Positions 60,288 to 64,000 of a stretch of DNA of 64,000 nucleotides are shown here, in pieces (position 1 is the first letter of the stretch; every line of letters starts with the position of its first letter). The DNA lies in IMG/VR virus record IMGVR_UViG_3300037606_000123, positions 1-64,000 of that record; one strand, 5' to 3'. The stretch is from a virus. The position numbers and the translations under genes are program-made. The notes under the pieces are model-generated. The model saw only the letters and a program-made list of their open reading frames with translations, did no database searches and was not told the DNA's origin.

Positions 60288-61427
60288 ATGGCACAATCAA
60301 AATTAAATAGTACAAACGTTTCACAAGAACAGTATAATGAATTTAAAGAAAAAGCATTAAATCATTCGATTGTTAGACGTGTTATTTCATTCAAGGATTT
60401 AACATTAATAAGCGATAGTATTATCGAGTATAGTGGTGTGCAATTTCAAATGACAGAAAATGCATTTAAATCATTAGTGAAAATATTAGGTTTATCTAAT
60501 GGTGTAATGGAAACAATTACAAAACAATTAGGTGAATCAGTAACAAATAAATTGTTATCAATGATGAAAGTTGCAATGAGTAGCGATACATCAAAAAATA
60601 CAATTTGTATTTTAGTAGATAAAAAAACAAGTAAAATAGTTGGATTTAGTAAATCAGCTCAATCAATTTTATCAAACAACGCATATTTTACATTGTTTGA
60701 ACAAACAATGAATAACCATACAGGAATGCACATTAAAAATATGGGTATTACTGAAAATGGAAATATTGAAATTTCTGTTTTAAATGACAATTGGGAATTT
60801 AATGTTGGGGGATTGAGTGATGAATATTTTAAATCTGGTTTAGTATTTATTAATACACCAGATTCAACAATTATTAATCCATTTAACGAACGTCTAGTTT
60901 GTACTAATGGTATGGTTGTTTCTGATAATGGTTTGTCATTAATCCTTAAAAATGGAGATGCAAATTCTATAAGTGGTTTCTTTGATGCTGTTCGTAATTT
61001 AAGTGGTACAATTAATTTTGAAAAAGAATTTAAAAATCGTATCATTAAAATGATGGACACAAAAGCATCATACGGCGAAGTTCTTAGTGTTAGAAAAAAT
61101 GTTGAATACCACGTTTCAAATATTAGTCACCCTGATGTAAGAGCAAGCGTAGAACAATTTATTCCAACACAATATATTCATCGTTCATTTTTAGATCAAA
61201 AAGTGGATATTTATAAAATTGATAGTAAGAATTATGCGAAAATTAACACGATGTTAACGGTTTGGGATTTAGTAAATAGATTGACAGATTTATCATCACA
61301 TCCTGTTAAATACGGTTTTGAACTACAACACGGAAATAGTTCTATTTTTGAATTACAAAAAGCGGCTGGTAATTTATCATTTAAAAAGCAATACGATTTA
61401 GAATGTGCGGTTAAACAAATTTTCTAA
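60288..61427 (+). CDS. DUF932/DUF945-like protein
   Basis: ERLVCTNGM signature. Confidence 0.65.
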   Translation: MAQSKLNSTNVSQEQYNEFKEKALNHSIVRRVISFKDLTLISDSIIEYSGVQFQMTENAFKSLVKILGLSNGVMETITKQLGESVTNKLLSMMKVAMSSDTSKNTICILVDKKTSKIVGFSKSAQSILSNNAYFTLFEQTMNNHTGMHIKNMGITENGNIEISVLNDNWEFNVGGLSDEYFKSGLVFINTPDSTIINPFNERLVCTNGMVVSDNGLSLILKNGDANSISGFFDAVRNLSGTINFEKEFKNRIIKMMDTKASYGEVLSVRKNVEYHVSNISHPDVRASVEQFIPTQYIHRSFLDQKVDIYKIDSKNYAKINTMLTVWDLVNRLTDLSSHPVKYGFELQHGNSSIFELQKAAGNLSFKKQYDLECAVKQIF

Positions 61428-61447
61428 ATATTATTAGTTGAACAATT

Positions 61448-61478
61448 AAACCTATTAAGAAATTAATAGGTTTTTTTT
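61448..61478 (+). terminator. Intrinsic terminator
   Basis: AAACCTATTAA-GAAA-TTAATAGGTTT plus T-tract. Confidence 0.8.
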
Positions 61479-61510
61479 ATATATATAATATATAAAAAAA
61501 ACGTAATAAT

Positions 61511-62218
61511 ATGCATCAAAAAAATTTAACACCAATACAAGATGGTGAAATTGTTAAATTACAAAAACCTTTAAATAATACATTTTCTGATCATGTTAAA
61601 AATAATGATGGAATTGTATTGGCCACATGCGATAATTGTAAAGCTGAAAATGTTAATATTGAAGATCACATATGTAAAACATTAGTTACATTACCTAATC
61701 CATCAGATATGGTTACAACTATAGAAAATTTTAAAAAAATAATAAAAGAAAATATGTTTACAACAAGAAAAGAATTTATTAATTCATTAAATGAAAATTC
61801 AAACAATACAGAATTAAAAACATTAGAAGACAATATGTATTTTGTGATTAAATCATCGGAATTACGAATTACTAAAAATTCATATAATGATGGTGAAACT
61901 GGTGAAACTACACACAGTGATACTGGTTTAGAAAAAAAACAATATAAAAACGTACAAGAAATTTTAGATCAAATAGATAGTCGTCTTACAAGTGATAGTT
62001 TAACTATTATGGATGATAGAATTATTTGTAGTTATTTAGGTGGAATGTCTGATGATAATAATTATGTTGCAACTGATTCATTAAAATACAATCAATGGAA
62101 AAATGATGAATTAGAATTGTACACATTTGATTATGATATAGTTATTGAAATTGTAGTTAAAACTAATTATACATCTCAAGATTTATCTAATTTATTAGGT
62201 ATTGCAAATTATGATTAA
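61511..62218 (+). CDS. Hypothetical protein with two internal CTS-like motifs
   Basis: MVTTIENFKKIIKEN-MFTTRKEFINSLNEN. Confidence 0.7.
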   Translation: MHQKNLTPIQDGEIVKLQKPLNNTFSDHVKNNDGIVLATCDNCKAENVNIEDHICKTLVTLPNPSDMVTTIENFKKIIKENMFTTRKEFINSLNENSNNTELKTLEDNMYFVIKSSELRITKNSYNDGETGETTHSDTGLEKKQYKNVQEILDQIDSRLTSDSLTIMDDRIICSYLGGMSDDNNYVATDSLKYNQWKNDELELYTFDYDIVIEIVVKTNYTSQDLSNLLGIANYD

Positions 62219-62236
62219 TAAATAAATAAATTAGAT

Positions 62237-62890
62237 ATGAAAGAATATATATTTTTAAGATATGCAAATCAACCTAATCCACAAGTTACTGAGGTATTGG
62301 TAAATAGTATAGTTAAACAAGGTGCAAAACCTTTTTTTACATCATTACCTGGTGTTATGATTACATCGTTTAAAAGTGATTTAACTGAAAGTGAAATACG
62401 TGGAAAATTAGATATTTTAGATATTTTATATGATATAGTAGAAAAGAAAAATATTGTTGTAGATAGTCCTACAAGTACTAATACAACAACAACAAATAGT
62501 AAAGAAGAATTACAACGTGAAATGGATGCAGCAGTAGAATCTGAAGATTATGAAAAAGCTGCAACATTAAGAAATAAGATTGAGCAATTATATGGTCCAA
62601 ATGAATCATTAATTTTAAATTTTAATTTTTTTAAATACCTTAAAGAAAATATGTCAACAGAATTATCAGTTGAACGTAAGATTGAAATATTAGCTGAATT
62701 ATCTGAATGGTCTGGTGGTTATGATCCAACAGAAATGTCGTTTGATCCTAATTATAGTGATGATAGTGATGATAATGAAACACTTAATCAATACATTGAA
62801 AATTATATTTTACAAGATGAAGTAGAATTAGTTACAGATTGGTTTGTTGATTTACAGAATGGTGCTGATGATATAAAAAAATATCAATAA
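62237..62890 (+). CDS. Hypothetical protein with UVR (UvrB/C) coiled-coil
   Basis: ELQREMDAAVESEDYEKAATLRNKIEQL; internal NESLILNFNFFKYLKE. Confidence 0.7.
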   Translation: MKEYIFLRYANQPNPQVTEVLVNSIVKQGAKPFFTSLPGVMITSFKSDLTESEIRGKLDILDILYDIVEKKNIVVDSPTSTNTTTTNSKEELQREMDAAVESEDYEKAATLRNKIEQLYGPNESLILNFNFFKYLKENMSTELSVERKIEILAELSEWSGGYDPTEMSFDPNYSDDSDDNETLNQYIENYILQDEVELVTDWFVDLQNGADDIKKYQ

Positions 62891-62892
62891 TT

Positions 62893-63648
62893 ATGATAAC
62901 AAATATTAATGAGTTTAAAGTATACTTAAATGAAAATGTTGATATGTCAACATTTTCAATCATACAAAGAAGTGATGGAATAATATCTAAATATGGTCAA
63001 GAAAATAATTTAGATATAGATGATTGTATTGAAAATTTAATATATTATAATATTATATCTGATAATTATACAGAAGACGAATTACGTATATTATTAAATA
63101 ATTTAAAATTAAATCAAACACACACATTTGGTTCTAGATGGACACAAACAGAAGTCACAAAAACACATTCTAATGATACATTATTAGAAAATGTACGTAT
63201 TCCACAAGAAGTTGAATTAAAGTTTGGTGTGAAGTATAAAAACATCAATTGGAATGATTTAAATCTTATTAATGTTGGTGTCTATGGTGATACTGTATTT
63301 TACGGTATTCAAATACCAGGGGAGAATAATAAATACAATAAAGGAATTATTGTTGATCTTAAAAATGAAGATGAATTAAATCGTATTGATATAATGATGG
63401 ATTTTAATTTACAAGGTTTAGGATTAGGATATAAAATTTATAAAAAAATTATAGAACAAACTGGACACATTTATTCATTATTTAATAAAAGAGTTAATGA
63501 TGATGCTATTCCTAAAATTTGGGAAAAATTAAAAAACGATTCTGATATTGAAGTACATTCAAACAAAGATGGTGAAATAGCAATTTGGAAAAACATGAAT
63601 GATAATGAATTAAAAAATAATTTAATTTCTAAAATAAATAACAAATAA
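62893..63648 (+). CDS. Hypothetical protein with CTS-like N-terminus and possible GNAT-like C-terminus
   Basis: MITNINEFKVYLNE; LQGLGLGYKIYKKI..AIPKIWEKL. Confidence 0.65.
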   Translation: MITNINEFKVYLNENVDMSTFSIIQRSDGIISKYGQENNLDIDDCIENLIYYNIISDNYTEDELRILLNNLKLNQTHTFGSRWTQTEVTKTHSNDTLLENVRIPQEVELKFGVKYKNINWNDLNLINVGVYGDTVFYGIQIPGENNKYNKGIIVDLKNEDELNRIDIMMDFNLQGLGLGYKIYKKIIEQTGHIYSLFNKRVNDDAIPKIWEKLKNDSDIEVHSNKDGEIAIWKNMNDNELKNNLISKINNK

Positions 63649-63733
63649 TTTTTATATTAAATTAATTATTAATATCTTTGTAAAGAATTTAATAAAGGAG
63701 TAAACTTTTTTAATATATAACAATATAATAAAC

Positions 63734-63811
63734 ATGAAAAGAATTTTAAACATACAAGCAGTTATAGGTCAAGCCGGGAGAAATCTACCGACTCAGAATT
63801 TGTATTGTTAA
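63734..63811 (+). CDS. Putative 25-aa leader peptide
   Basis: MKRILNIQAVIGQAGRNLPTQNLYC, after AATATATAA motif and before a terminator. Confidence 0.5.
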   Translation: MKRILNIQAVIGQAGRNLPTQNLYC

Positions 63812-63834
63812 TTTTTAAATATTTAACTACTACT

Positions 63835-63867
63835 AAAACCTGAGTCAATTTGATTCAGGTTTTTTTT
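63835..63867 (+). terminator. Intrinsic terminator upstream of tRNA array (possible attenuator)
   Basis: AAAACCTGAGTC/GATTCAGGTTTT plus T-tract. Confidence 0.8.
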
Positions 63868-63876
63868 ATTTATAAT

Positions 63877-63947
63877 GCAAGATATAGCTTAATGATAAAG
63901 CGCCACACTTCCAATGTGGAGACGGAGTTTGATTCTCATATTTTGCT
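63877..63947 (+). tRNA. tRNA-Gly(UCC), degenerate
   Basis: CCACA-CTTCCAA-TGTGG, U73; D-loop GA instead of GG, T-loop TTTGATT, 8-bp acceptor and short T-stem. Confidence 0.75.
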
Positions 63948-63961
63948 CTAAATTATAATAT

Positions 63962-64000
63962 GCACCATTAATTCAATGGTAGAGTAAATGTCTTATATAC
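63962..64000 (+). tRNA. tRNA-Ile(UAU), 5' part (truncated by window end)
   Basis: GCACCAT-TA-ATTC-AATGGTA-GAGT-A-AATGT-CTTATAT-AC. Confidence 0.75.

Overview
Very AT-rich 64-kb segment of a large (jumbo-type) tailed-phage genome, most likely a myovirus of a Bacteroidota host. The host call is inferred from recurring TAnnTTTG promoters and A-rich, Shine-Dalgarno-free starts. Standard genetic code; no CRISPR array seen. Virion genes: baseplate wedge, tail tube, gp26/gp51-like hub genes, tail-fibre-like and other structural proteins. Information genes: T4 gp61-like primase, ECF-type sigma factor, RadA-like ATPase, a compact PolA/T7-RNAP-superfamily protein, HNH and homing endonucleases. Accessory enzymes: SprT-like protease, M14 deacylase, ClpP, Tpt1/KptA, HAD phosphatases, lytic transglycosylase. 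The most unusual content is RNA. A minus-strand cluster (29.1-33.3 kb) holds canonical tRNAs (Cys, Thr, Leu-UAG, Ile-GAU), a tRNA-Leu(UAA) split by a 223-nt group I intron, three non-canonical tRNAs, several structured spacers and a ~750-nt candidate ornate ncRNA. Elsewhere are a tmRNA with a 38-codon tag next to clpP, and a putative leader-peptide attenuator in front of a second tRNA array containing tRNA-Ile(UAU). Many unrelated proteins share an MITxINEF-type N-terminal motif resembling the T4 capsid-targeting sequence. All family assignments come from motif recognition by eye; no database searches or folding computations were run.
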